The position numbers and the translations under genes were made by a program. This document shows positions 1 to 8,810 of a DNA stretch of 64,000 bases, in pieces (position 1 is the first letter of the stretch; every line of letters begins with the position of its first letter). A model generated the notes under the pieces. It did no database searches, was not told the DNA's origin, and saw only the letters and a list, made by a program, of their open reading frames with translations. This DNA comes from Dehalococcoidia bacterium. GTDB lineage: Bacteria; Chloroflexota; Dehalococcoidia; Lucifugimonadales; JAGWBF01. Where the stretch lies: positions 75,633 through 139,632 of the forward strand of contig DAOUJG010000039.1 in assembly GCA_034423015.1 (NCBI GenBank), written 5' to 3'.

Positions 1-108
1 AGCGCCGAGCTGACCATCCCGGGGCCCATCGCCATAGCCCACCACCTGATAAGGGCGTGGGCCACCGGCCACGTGTCCGGGAACGCCGGCGCGACGCCCA
101 ACACCTAA
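1..108 (+). CDS. 3' end of an unidentified CDS entering from upstream (35 codons, ...HVSGNAGATPNT*)
   Basis: Frame 1 is open from nt 1 to TAA at 106-108. Too short to classify. Confidence 0.3.
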   Translation, partial: SAELTIPGPIAIAHHLIRAWATGHVSGNAGATPNT

Positions 109-143
109 CCCGGCCCAATACCCGGCCTTAATGGAGGTGCCCG

Positions 144-803
144 ATGGCACAGGCGAACCACGACGCTCCCGGAGCCAGCCTCTTTCCCCAATACGGGCCT
201 GACATGTATGCCATGGTGGCCTCGGAGGTGGAGGGGCTCACCGACGAGCAGCTTGACTGGGAGTCCGACCGGTGGGAGTGGAGCAAGTGGAGCATCCGCC
301 GCCAGGTCAGCCACATGTCCAGCTTCGTGAAGGGCTGGCTGATACAACGCTGGGGGGACCAGCTCTTCCCCAACGGCACGGGACACCTGGAAGAGATAGC
401 CGAGTTCGACCGGTCTCCCAAGGGGTCGTGGCTGAACGAGGACCGGTTCTGGGATATCTCCGTCCTTCTGGAGCAGTGGGAGAACTCCATCGACGTGGCC
501 CTCCACGTCCTGGAGGCCGAGACAGTGGGGTCCATGAGGAGCAAAACGGTGACGGCCCCCGGCGCCTCGGAGTTCTGGAGGCTGGCGGTGCCCGCCCATG
601 ACACGGGGGTCAGCTACGATCCCGCCGACTCCGACTCCATAGTGCTGACCCTGGAGGGGACCTTCCGCCACATCTACTACGAGTTTACCACCCACCTGCA
701 CAACATCCTGCGCCTCAAGCGCGCCCAGGGCCTCTCCACAGCGGTCGACATCCCGCGGGAGGGGTACTGGGTTATGTCGACCTGGGACCGGTCCGAACCC
801 TAG
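144..803 (+). CDS. DinB-family (DinB_2-like) helical-bundle protein
   Basis: 219-aa ORF with ggagg RBS just upstream of the ATG. His-bearing helices (WSIRRQVSHM, HIYYEFTTHLHNI) resemble the DinB/YfiT metal-binding bundle. Assigned from sequence pattern only. Confidence 0.55.
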   Translation: MAQANHDAPGASLFPQYGPDMYAMVASEVEGLTDEQLDWESDRWEWSKWSIRRQVSHMSSFVKGWLIQRWGDQLFPNGTGHLEEIAEFDRSPKGSWLNEDRFWDISVLLEQWENSIDVALHVLEAETVGSMRSKTVTAPGASEFWRLAVPAHDTGVSYDPADSDSIVLTLEGTFRHIYYEFTTHLHNILRLKRAQGLSTAVDIPREGYWVMSTWDRSEP

Positions 804-857
804 CGACCGCGCACCGTCCAGCCGCATCGCCCCGTCCAACCGCATCGGAGGTAGGTC

Positions 858-2498
858 ATGGCCAAGTCCACGATGGCGTCCCCAGCCAGCCGCCCGGTGG
901 TCATGGGCGTCAATGGAATGGTGGCTTCCGCCCATCCCCTGGCGTCGCTGGCCGGCGTCCAGGTGCTGACGGAGGGCGGCAACGCCTTCGACGCGGCCGT
1001 GGCCACCGCCGCCTCGCTGAACGTGGTGGAGCCGTACATGTCGGGCATGGGCGGCATCGGCGTGGCCCTGGCCCACGTGGCCAAGGAGGGCAGGATACGG
1101 GCGCTGAACTTCTCCGGGCGGGCCCCCAAGGCCGCGGAGCCCGACCGCTTCACCGACGACACCAAGGAATACAGCACCCTGGCCTCCCTGGTCCCAGGCA
1201 ACGTGGCCGGGTGGCTCACCCTGCACGAGGCCTACGGCTCCCTGGAGCGAGAGAGGCTGTTTCGCCCAGCCATCGGCTACGCGGAGAACGGCTTTCCCAT
1301 CACGCACCTGAACAGCACCTTCATGGCCCACCAGGCGGCCCTGCTGGGCCGCTACCCCCACTCCGCCGGCATCTTTCTGAACGGCGGCGCACCTTCTCCC
1401 GGGTCCCGGCTGCAGATGCCTCTGCTGGCGGACAGCCTCAGGCAGGTGGCCGGCGGGGGGATGGAGAGCTTCTACCGGGGAGAGCTGGCCCACCGCATCG
1501 TGGAGGGGAACCGGGCGCTGGGCGGCCTCTTCGCCGAGGAGGACCTGGCCGAGTATCGGGCCGAGTGGCAGGATCCCATCAGCGTGGACTACCGGGGGCA
1601 CCAGGTGTTCACCGTCCCGCCCAACTGCAGCTCCTTCCAGGTGCTCCAGACCCTGAAACTCATGGAGGCCTTCGACCCGGCGGAGCTGACCCTGCACGAG
1701 CCGGACACGATGCACAGGTTGCTGGAGGCCGTCAAGCTGTGCGTCACCGACCGCATCCAGTGGGCGGGGGACCCGGACTTCGTGCAAGCGCCCCTGAAGG
1801 GGCTCCTGTCACCGGCCTACGCCAGGAGCCAGAGCAGGCGCATAGACGCCGGGAAGGCCGCCGTCGTGTCCGGCGAGCACTACGCTCTCGCGGGGCCGGA
1901 GGGGGCTCTGAGGCCCGGCAACCCGGCCGATTTCGACGGCGGCATGACGACCCACTTCGCCGTGGCGGACCGGGACGGCAACGTGGTCAGCATCACCCAG
2001 ACCCTTGGGGGCGCCTTCGGCTGCGGGGCGGCCGCCGGGGACACTGGGGTGTTCCTGAACAACATGGCCAGCTACTTCGACCTCGAGGAGGGGAGCCCCA
2101 ACCTCATCGGGCCTGGCAAGAGGGTCGACTTCGTCGTAGCCCCGACCCAGACACTCCGGGACGGCAGGTTCTTCCTCAGCCTCAGCACGCCGGGGAGTTG
2201 GGGCATCCTCCAGACGACGCCGCAGCTGCTGCTGCACGTCCTCGAGTTCGGCTTGAACGTCCAGCAGGCCATCGACGCGCCCCGCTTCCGCTACTTCACC
2301 GGGCGGCACGTCAAGATGGAGGAGCGCTTCCCCCTGCAGCTACGGCGGGAGCTGCAGGAGCGCGGCCACGAGGTCGAGGTCATCGAGGCGTGGTCCACCA
2401 TCGTCGGCGGGGCCCAGGGCATCATGGTCGACACCGAGCAGGGCACCTTCCAGGGCGGCGCCGACCCCCGCCGGGACGGCGCCGCCCTGGGATACTGA
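858..2498 (+). CDS. ggt: gamma-glutamyltransferase
   Basis: 546-aa ORF, ggagg RBS. Autoprocessing/nucleophile region DGGMTTHFAVADRDGNVVSITQTLGGAFG plus family-typical N-terminal MVASAHPLAS...GGNAFDAAVA. Confidence 0.9.
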   Translation: MAKSTMASPASRPVVMGVNGMVASAHPLASLAGVQVLTEGGNAFDAAVATAASLNVVEPYMSGMGGIGVALAHVAKEGRIRALNFSGRAPKAAEPDRFTDDTKEYSTLASLVPGNVAGWLTLHEAYGSLERERLFRPAIGYAENGFPITHLNSTFMAHQAALLGRYPHSAGIFLNGGAPSPGSRLQMPLLADSLRQVAGGGMESFYRGELAHRIVEGNRALGGLFAEEDLAEYRAEWQDPISVDYRGHQVFTVPPNCSSFQVLQTLKLMEAFDPAELTLHEPDTMHRLLEAVKLCVTDRIQWAGDPDFVQAPLKGLLSPAYARSQSRRIDAGKAAVVSGEHYALAGPEGALRPGNPADFDGGMTTHFAVADRDGNVVSITQTLGGAFGCGAAAGDTGVFLNNMASYFDLEEGSPNLIGPGKRVDFVVAPTQTLRDGRFFLSLSTPGSWGILQTTPQLLLHVLEFGLNVQQAIDAPRFRYFTGRHVKMEERFPLQLRRELQERGHEVEVIEAWSTIVGGAQGIMVDTEQGTFQGGADPRRDGAALGY

Positions 2499-2499
2499 C

Positions 2500-3492
2500 C
2501 TAAGCCCCGAACCTGTCCCAGGCCTGGGGCAGGGCATCCATCGCCTGGGAGGGAAGCGGCCCGTTGGAGGCGTACTCCACGGCCTTCTCCAGGTGGTCCA
2601 TGCTGGAGAACCCGACCAGCACGGTGGACACCTGCTCCTTGGTCAGCGCGAACCGTATCGCCCCCTCTACCAGGCTCTCCGCGTGGCCCTGGTCCACCAG
2701 GAACCCGAACTCCCCCGCACGTCTCACGTCCTCGGCGTAGTCGTTGCGCGACGCCAGCGCCGTCGCCTCCTGGTCCGCCACCGGGTGCCTGGACACGACG
2801 CCGGTGAGGGCGCCCTCGGCCAGCACCGATATGACGACGACCCCCATGTCTCCGGCGCCGGCCCTGTCTATGAGCTCCCCGAAGTCCTGCCCGTCGAACC
2901 CGGAGTGCATCGGCCTGCCCGCGCTGGGGTTCAGCAGGTTGTAGCACGCCTGGACGGTGCTCATTTCGCCCGAGTCCAGCACCCTGAGGACAGCCTCGGT
3001 CTCGCCGAGGCCCGTGATGCCGAAGTGCCTGGCCTTCCCCTGCCGCTGGATCTCCTGGAACGCCTCCACCACCTCCCCCAGCACGTCGTCGACGCTCATG
3101 GCGTCCTTGGGGACGTCGTGCCGGGCCGTGATGCGGTTGTGTAGCTGTATGAAGTCGACGGAGTCGCGGCCCAACAGGCCGAGGCTGGTGTCCATGGACT
3201 TGAGGACGTTGGCCCGGATATCGTCCAGCTCGCCGCCCAGGAGCCCGACCTTGGTGCTGACGACCACGTCGGCATTCAGCTCCTTGAGGGCCAGCCCCAG
3301 GTTCCGCTCGGACACCCCCCCGCCATAGGCCGGGGCGGTGTCGAAGTAGTTGACTCCCAGCTCGATGGCCCGGGCCACCGTCCTGACGCGGTCCCTCTCG
3401 TCACCCCGTACTATCAGACCTCCCACGTTCCCGCACCCGAACCCTATCTCCGAGACCTTCAGTCCGGTGCCGCCAAGCTGCCTGTATCTCAT
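2500..3492 (-). CDS. aldo/keto reductase
   Basis: N-terminus MRYRQLGGTGLKVSEIGFGCGNVGG is typical of AKRs. Start moved from the ORF-track start (3618) to ATG 3492, preceded by aaggagg. Confidence 0.9.
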   Translation of the reverse strand: MRYRQLGGTGLKVSEIGFGCGNVGGLIVRGDERDRVRTVARAIELGVNYFDTAPAYGGGVSERNLGLALKELNADVVVSTKVGLLGGELDDIRANVLKSMDTSLGLLGRDSVDFIQLHNRITARHDVPKDAMSVDDVLGEVVEAFQEIQRQGKARHFGITGLGETEAVLRVLDSGEMSTVQACYNLLNPSAGRPMHSGFDGQDFGELIDRAGAGDMGVVVISVLAEGALTGVVSRHPVADQEATALASRNDYAEDVRRAGEFGFLVDQGHAESLVEGAIRFALTKEQVSTVLVGFSSMDHLEKAVEYASNGPLPSQAMDALPQAWDRFGA

Positions 3493-3611
3493 GGTTCCTC
3501 CTTGTCTACGTTCCACTGGCAGGTTCGGGAGACATCTTCTGTCTCTCTCGCCTATACTATAATGCCTTTCCCCCAGGGGTTCCACGACCCTTTGGGAAGG
3601 CGCTCCCAGGT

Positions 3612-3640
3612 TTGACACCGTTCATAGGCGTTGGTATACT
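3612..3640 (+). promoter_or_regulatory. sigma-70-type promoter candidate for hyuA (TTGACA-17 nt-TATACT)
   Basis: -35 TTGACA(CC) at 3612-3617, 17-nt spacer, -10 TATACT at 3635-3640, about 120 nt upstream of the hyuA start. Confidence 0.5.
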
Positions 3641-3765
3641 CCGCCAGTCGAGGAGGGGCAACGATTCTCGACGGGATGCCGTGTGTTCGAGAGCTTTGCG
3701 TAAGGCTCCCGCGCCTCCAGACCAACCCAGGCCGGCCCCCCAAGCACAGATCGAGGAGAGTATGG

Positions 3766-5853
3766 ATGAGCACGTATAGGATCGGCGTAGACATCGGCGG
3801 GACGTTTACGGACGTGGTGTTCCTGGGCAGCGACGGCTCGGTGCTGGCCAGGAAGATCGCCAGCACGCCCGACGACTATAGCCGCGCAGTGCTTACGGGC
3901 ATCGACGGCGGCATACAGGAGCTGAAGATCTCCTCGGCGCAGGTCTCCGAGGTGGGTCACGGCTTCACCGTAGCAACCAACGCCATCATCGAGGGCCGGG
4001 GAGCCCAGACGGCCCTGATCACCACCGACGGGTTCAGGGACGTCCTGGAGTTCCGGCGCAACCGCATCCCCCGGCTCTACGACCTTTACTACGAGAAGCC
4101 GCCCACCCTGGTGAAGAGGCAGTACCGCCTGGAGGTCCGGGAGCGCATGAACTACAAGGGTGAGGTGCTCCGGCCCCTGGAGAAGGAGGACGTGGACCGG
4201 GCCGTGGACCGCATCCTGAAGGAGGGGATCAAGTCCGTAGCCATCTCCCTGCTCCACTCCTACGCCAACCCGGAGCACGAGGAGTACATCGCCAAGGTCC
4301 TCCGGGAGCGGGCCCCAGACATCATCCTCACGGTCTCCAGCGAGCTGCTCCCGGAGATGAAGGAGTACGAGCGGACCAGCACCACCGTCATCAACAGCTA
4401 CGTCCGGCCGGTGGTGGACCGCTACCTGACCCGCCTGGCCGACGGTCTCAAGGACATGGGCGTCACCGTTCCCCTGGGCGTGATGCAATCCAACGGCGGC
4501 CTGGCCACGACCCAGATCGCCAAGGAGAAGCCCGTCTACTGCATCGAGTCGGGCCCGGCAGCGGGGGTGGTGGGCGCCTTCCACCTGGGCAAGCGCCTGG
4601 GCATAGACAACATGATGACCCTGGACATGGGCGGCACTACGGCCAAGGCGTGCATGATCGAGGACGGCGAGATGCTGCAGGCCCCCGAGTACGAGGTGGG
4701 CGGAGGCATCAGCGCCGGCCACCGGCTCCTGAAGGGCGCTGGGCACATTCTAAGGGTGCCTGCCATTGACCTGGCGGAGGTGGGCGCCGGCGGCGGCAGC
4801 ATCGCCAGCGTGGACAAGAGCGGGTCCCTCCGGGTCGGTCCCGACAGCTCGGGCGCCGTGCCCGGGCCCTCCTGCTACAGCAACGGGGGCACCGACGCCA
4901 CCGTCACCGACTCGGACGTGCTGCTGGGGTACCTGAACCCCGAGCACCTGCTGGGCGGCGCGTTCCCCATCGACCGGGACAAGGCCAGCAAGGCCGTCAT
5001 CGACCACGTGGCGAACCCCCTGGGCCTGTCGGAGATCGAGGCGGCCCACGGGATCCACCTCCTGGTGAACTCCAACATGGGCAGGGCCCTGAGGGCGGTC
5101 TCCAGCGAGCGTGGCCGCGACCCGAGGCGGTTCGTTCTGGTGGCCTTCGGGGGCGGCGGGCCCGTCCACGCCGCCGGCCTGGCCGAGATGCTTGACATCA
5201 CCAAGGTCATAGTCCCTCCGTTCCCCGGGGTGTTCAGCTCCTTCGGCCTGCTGTACGCCGACGTGGAGCACCACTTCGTGCAGACCTACTTCAAGACCTT
5301 CGAGGAGCTGGACATGGGCGCCCTCAACGACATCCTGGAGGGTCTGTGGGAAGAGGGCCGAAGCCAGCTCCGGGAAGAGGGCTTCGCCGACGACTCCCAC
5401 GAGGTGGTGACCCAGGTGGACATGAAGTACGAGGGGCAGGTCTCCGAGCTCACGGTCTACCTCCCGCCGGGCAGGGTAACGCCCGAGAACCTGAAGAAGC
5501 TCAGCGACTCCTTCGAGGAGGAGCACGAGAGGACCTACGGCTACCGCACCGACGCCACCTTCCAGCTTGTAAACCTGCGGGTAATCGCCCGCGGGCTGTC
5601 CAAGGAGTCGCGGATACCGGACAGCATGGAAATACCCTCGACTTCCAACAGCGGCGCCTCGCAGCGCCCGGTGTACTTCGGACCCAACCACGGTTTCATG
5701 GACGCGCCGGTGATGAGCCGGGGGGCCCTTGCCGGCAAGACCATGTCCGGCCCCCTGATCATCGAGGAGTACGACTCGACCACGGTGGTCCCTCCCGGCT
5801 GGAAGGCCTCCATAGACCAGTGGAGAGACGTGGTCCTGGACCGGGAGGAGTAG
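3766..5853 (+). CDS. hyuA: hydantoinase/oxoprolinase family protein, A (HyuA-type) subunit
   Basis: N-terminus MSTYRIGVDIGGTFTDVV is the family hallmark. Start set to ATG 3766 behind gaggagag; the upstream 45 codons of the ORF look non-coding. Confidence 0.9.
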   Translation: MSTYRIGVDIGGTFTDVVFLGSDGSVLARKIASTPDDYSRAVLTGIDGGIQELKISSAQVSEVGHGFTVATNAIIEGRGAQTALITTDGFRDVLEFRRNRIPRLYDLYYEKPPTLVKRQYRLEVRERMNYKGEVLRPLEKEDVDRAVDRILKEGIKSVAISLLHSYANPEHEEYIAKVLRERAPDIILTVSSELLPEMKEYERTSTTVINSYVRPVVDRYLTRLADGLKDMGVTVPLGVMQSNGGLATTQIAKEKPVYCIESGPAAGVVGAFHLGKRLGIDNMMTLDMGGTTAKACMIEDGEMLQAPEYEVGGGISAGHRLLKGAGHILRVPAIDLAEVGAGGGSIASVDKSGSLRVGPDSSGAVPGPSCYSNGGTDATVTDSDVLLGYLNPEHLLGGAFPIDRDKASKAVIDHVANPLGLSEIEAAHGIHLLVNSNMGRALRAVSSERGRDPRRFVLVAFGGGGPVHAAGLAEMLDITKVIVPPFPGVFSSFGLLYADVEHHFVQTYFKTFEELDMGALNDILEGLWEEGRSQLREEGFADDSHEVVTQVDMKYEGQVSELTVYLPPGRVTPENLKKLSDSFEEEHERTYGYRTDATFQLVNLRVIARGLSKESRIPDSMEIPSTSNSGASQRPVYFGPNHGFMDAPVMSRGALAGKTMSGPLIIEEYDSTTVVPPGWKASIDQWRDVVLDREE

Positions 5854-5951
5854 AAGCCCGGCCCGTCACCCGGCCCGGCGAGACCCACGGTGAACCAGCG
5901 CTCCAATCCCCGCCGGGGCCGTTCCCTTACGCAGGCCAGGAGGAAGACAGG

Positions 5952-7691
5952 ATGCAGCAGACCACGGACCCGGTCACCCGGGAGATCATCAAGAACGCTC
6001 TGATGAGCGCCGCCGACACCATGGCGCTCACGGTGGTCCGCACGGCCCGCTCGGCGGTCATCAAGCACGGCATGGACTTCTCCACCGCGCTGTTCACGGC
6101 CGACGGGCAGCAGGTGGCCCAGGGCCTGACTCTGCCGGCCCACCTGGGGTCCATGGCCCCGGCTCTGGAAGGAGTGATGAAGGCCTTCGGGGACGACGTC
6201 CAACCGGGAGACATCTTCGCCAACAACGACCCCTACGAGGGCGGCAGCCACCTGCCGGACATCTTCCTCTTCAAGCCCATATTCGCCTACGACACCCTGG
6301 TGGGCTGGAGCTGCTGCATCGGGCACCAGACAGACATCGGCGGACGCATCCCCGGCGGCAACGCCTGCGACAGCACCGAGATCTACCAGGAGGGCCTCCA
6401 GATCCCTCCCCTCAAGCTGTACAGCAAGGGCGTCCTGAACCAGGCCGTGTGGCGCATCCTGGAGAAGAACGTGCGCGTCCCCGACAAGGTGCTGGGCGAC
6501 GTGCAGGCCCAGCTTGCCGCCGTACGGTTCGGCGAGCGGGACCTCCAGCGCCTGGTCGACGACTACGGCGTCGAGGAGATCAAGAGCTACATGTCCGACA
6601 TCCTGGACTCCACCGAGCGCATGACCCGGGCGGAGATACAGGGCCTGCCCGACGGCGAGTGGGAGTTCACCGACCACCTGGACAACGACGGCATCGACAT
6701 GCGGCCCATCGCCATCCACGCCAAGGTGAAGATAGATGGGGACACGGTGTACGTGGACTTCGAGGGCACCTCGCCCCAGGCCAGGGGCTCCATCAACCCC
6801 AACTTCGCCTACACCAAGTCCCAGGTATACGCAGTGATGAAGTGCCTGATCGACCCCGCCATCCAGTCCAACAGCGGCTTCTTCAGGGCTTTCCAGATCA
6901 AGGCGCCCGAGGGCTGCTTCGTGAACCCGCAGCACCCGGCGCCGGTGGCGGCCCGGGGGATGTCCGGCTTCCGCGTGTGCCACGCCCTCTTCGGCGCCAT
7001 GGCCCAGGCGTTGCCGGGGCGGGTGCCGGGAGCGTGGGGCGGCGGAGAGGCGGGCCTGAGCTTCGGCGGCTACCACCCCGACCGCAAGGCGTGGGTCTAC
7101 CTGGAGTTCGACAACGACGGCCCCAGGGGCGGCGGCCCCTTCGTAGACGGGGCCGACGGGCTGGCCGCGCCCATACACAACATGGCCAACACTCCCATAG
7201 AGACCATAGAAGCCGACCAGCCGCTGCTGGTGGAGCGGTACGGCCTGGTGCCCGACAGCGGCGGGCCGGGGACCTTCCGGGGCGGGCTCGGGATGGTCCG
7301 GGAGTTCCGCGTGACCGCCGAAGAGGCCACCTTCCAGCTTCGCTCGGACCGCCAGAACTTCAGGCCCTGGGGCGCCGAGGGAGGCATGGACGGCACCCCC
7401 ACGGAGAACTACATAAACCCCGGCACCGACAGCGAGCAGATTCCCGCCAAGTACCTGACCACCCTCAAAAAAGGGGACCTGTACCGGCTAATCCAGGCCG
7501 GGGGCGGCGGGTACGGCGACCCCCTGGACCGGGACGTGAACGCCGTGCTGGAGGACGTGGAGCAGGAGAAGATGTCCGTCGAGTACGTCAGGCGGGAGTA
7601 CGGCGTCGTAATCGACCCCGAGACCCTGAACCTGGACCCCAGGGGCACCGACGAGCTAAGGGCCCGCATGCGGGCCGAGCGGAGCGGCTAG
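5952..7691 (+). CDS. hyuB: hydantoinase B/oxoprolinase family protein (HyuB-type subunit)
   Basis: MQQTTDPVTREIIKNALMSAADTM... and NDPYEGGSHLPD motif. Start ATG 5952 behind aggagga; directly follows hyuA. Confidence 0.9.
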   Translation: MQQTTDPVTREIIKNALMSAADTMALTVVRTARSAVIKHGMDFSTALFTADGQQVAQGLTLPAHLGSMAPALEGVMKAFGDDVQPGDIFANNDPYEGGSHLPDIFLFKPIFAYDTLVGWSCCIGHQTDIGGRIPGGNACDSTEIYQEGLQIPPLKLYSKGVLNQAVWRILEKNVRVPDKVLGDVQAQLAAVRFGERDLQRLVDDYGVEEIKSYMSDILDSTERMTRAEIQGLPDGEWEFTDHLDNDGIDMRPIAIHAKVKIDGDTVYVDFEGTSPQARGSINPNFAYTKSQVYAVMKCLIDPAIQSNSGFFRAFQIKAPEGCFVNPQHPAPVAARGMSGFRVCHALFGAMAQALPGRVPGAWGGGEAGLSFGGYHPDRKAWVYLEFDNDGPRGGGPFVDGADGLAAPIHNMANTPIETIEADQPLLVERYGLVPDSGGPGTFRGGLGMVREFRVTAEEATFQLRSDRQNFRPWGAEGGMDGTPTENYINPGTDSEQIPAKYLTTLKKGDLYRLIQAGGGGYGDPLDRDVNAVLEDVEQEKMSVEYVRREYGVVIDPETLNLDPRGTDELRARMRAERSG

Positions 7692-7702
7692 CTCCCGGGG
7701 AC

Positions 7703-8602
7703 TCAGAAGGCGCCGACGCCGGGGGTCTTGACCCTCACGCTGTAGAGGGAGCGGCCCCCGGTCACGTAGAGGGTCCGGAAGTCCTCGTCACCGAAGGTCA
7801 TGTTCCTGGGCACCTCGGGAAAGCGTATGACACCGATCCTGCCGCCCTGGTCGTCGGTGACCCATATGCCCTCGGGGCCGGTGCAGTAGATGCGTCCCTC
7901 CCGGTCCACCTTTATACCGTCGGGCACTCCCGGCGCCGCCGAGGTCATCCGCACCAGAATCCGGTTGTTGGCCAGGTCCCCCGCCGGGCTGACGTCGAAG
8001 GCCCTGATGAGCATGTGGCTGCAGACCTCCCCGCGCTCCTCCTCGCCCAGGCACCCCTCGTCCCTGCGGCTGATGGCCACGTAGAGCACCGACTCGTCCA
8101 CCGAGAGGGCGAGTCCGTTGGGATACTCACACTCGTCGTTGCACAGGACGAGCTCGCCGTCCGGCGTAATCCGGAACACGCCGGAGAAGCCCAGCTCCCG
8201 TCTGTCCGGCGGGCACCGCATCTCCGGGTCCGTGAAGAAGATGGTGCCGTCGGAGCGGCAGATTATGTCGTTGGGACGGTTCAGGCGCCTGCCCTGCCAT
8301 CGCTCGGCCAGGACGGTTATGGAGCCGTCGGCATCCATTCGGGTGATGCGCCGGATGTTGGCCGCCTCGCACATGATCAACCGGCGCTCCCTGTCCAGGG
8401 TGCAGCCGTTGCCCTCTCCCGTGCCCTCCCGGACCACCTCCGCTCCGCCCGTCGGGCGCCAGCGGAGGAGTTGGCTTGCGGCGTAGTCTACGAAGGTGAC
8501 GGATCCGTCCGGGTGGTACACGGGCCCCTCGGTGGCGCCGTAGCCCGTGGCCAGCAGCACGGGGTCTCCGGGCTCCACGACTGTCGATATGTCCTCGGGC
8601 AT
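7703..8602 (-). CDS. SMP-30/gluconolactonase/LRE-family beta-propeller protein
   Basis: ATEGPVYHPDGSVTFVD..., NRPNDIICRSDGTIFFTDP, PNGLALSVDESVLYV and PDGIKVDREGRIY blades. Start ATG 8602 behind gaaggagg. Confidence 0.8.
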   Translation of the reverse strand: MPEDISTVVEPGDPVLLATGYGATEGPVYHPDGSVTFVDYAASQLLRWRPTGGAEVVREGTGEGNGCTLDRERRLIMCEAANIRRITRMDADGSITVLAERWQGRRLNRPNDIICRSDGTIFFTDPEMRCPPDRRELGFSGVFRITPDGELVLCNDECEYPNGLALSVDESVLYVAISRRDEGCLGEEERGEVCSHMLIRAFDVSPAGDLANNRILVRMTSAAPGVPDGIKVDREGRIYCTGPEGIWVTDDQGGRIGVIRFPEVPRNMTFGDEDFRTLYVTGGRSLYSVRVKTPGVGAF

Positions 8603-8745
8603 GGCGTCCTCCTTCAGCAGAACTCCGGCAGCAGAACTCCGGGCGGGCAACCGTAGGGCGGTGAGAGTCGGTCCGCTCACCGGATTATACCATCGGCCCC
8701 GTTGACACCAGCGGGAGGCCCCCCTCGCGCCGCCGGACGGCCCCG

Positions 8746-8774
8746 TTGACACCACCCGGAGGCGTGGCTAACAT
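8746..8774 (+). promoter_or_regulatory. sigma-70-type promoter candidate for the nitroreductase gene (TTGACA-17-TAACAT)
   Basis: -35 TTGACA(CC) at 8746-8751, -10 TAACAT at 8769-8774. The -35 lies inside the second copy of a 17-bp direct repeat. Confidence 0.45.
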
Positions 8775-8810
8775 GCCTCTTGTCCCCAAGATCGAGACCT
8801 AGGAGCCATC

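Noticed and set aside
105-1787. 560-aa minus-strand ORF. The same type occurs at 16584-18968 (794 aa), 33690-36422 (910 aa), 41729-43189 (486 aa), 56682-57932, 36190-37371, 32001-33521 and others.
   Set aside because: These are antisense shadow ORFs typical of high-GC DNA. They are Arg/Gly/Pro/His-rich low-complexity translations with no family resemblance, and each is fully overlapped by an opposite-strand ORF with clear family motifs and an RBS.
3493-3618. N-terminal extensions implied by the ORF track. Examples are AKR to 3618, hyuA from 3631, hyuB from 5346, amidases to 13475, 16067 and 44944, the NHL gene from 47275, and the Mo subunit from 53343.
   Set aside because: The extensions lack family similarity and are compositionally odd. 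Internal starts with good RBSs coincide with the conserved N-termini of paralogs.
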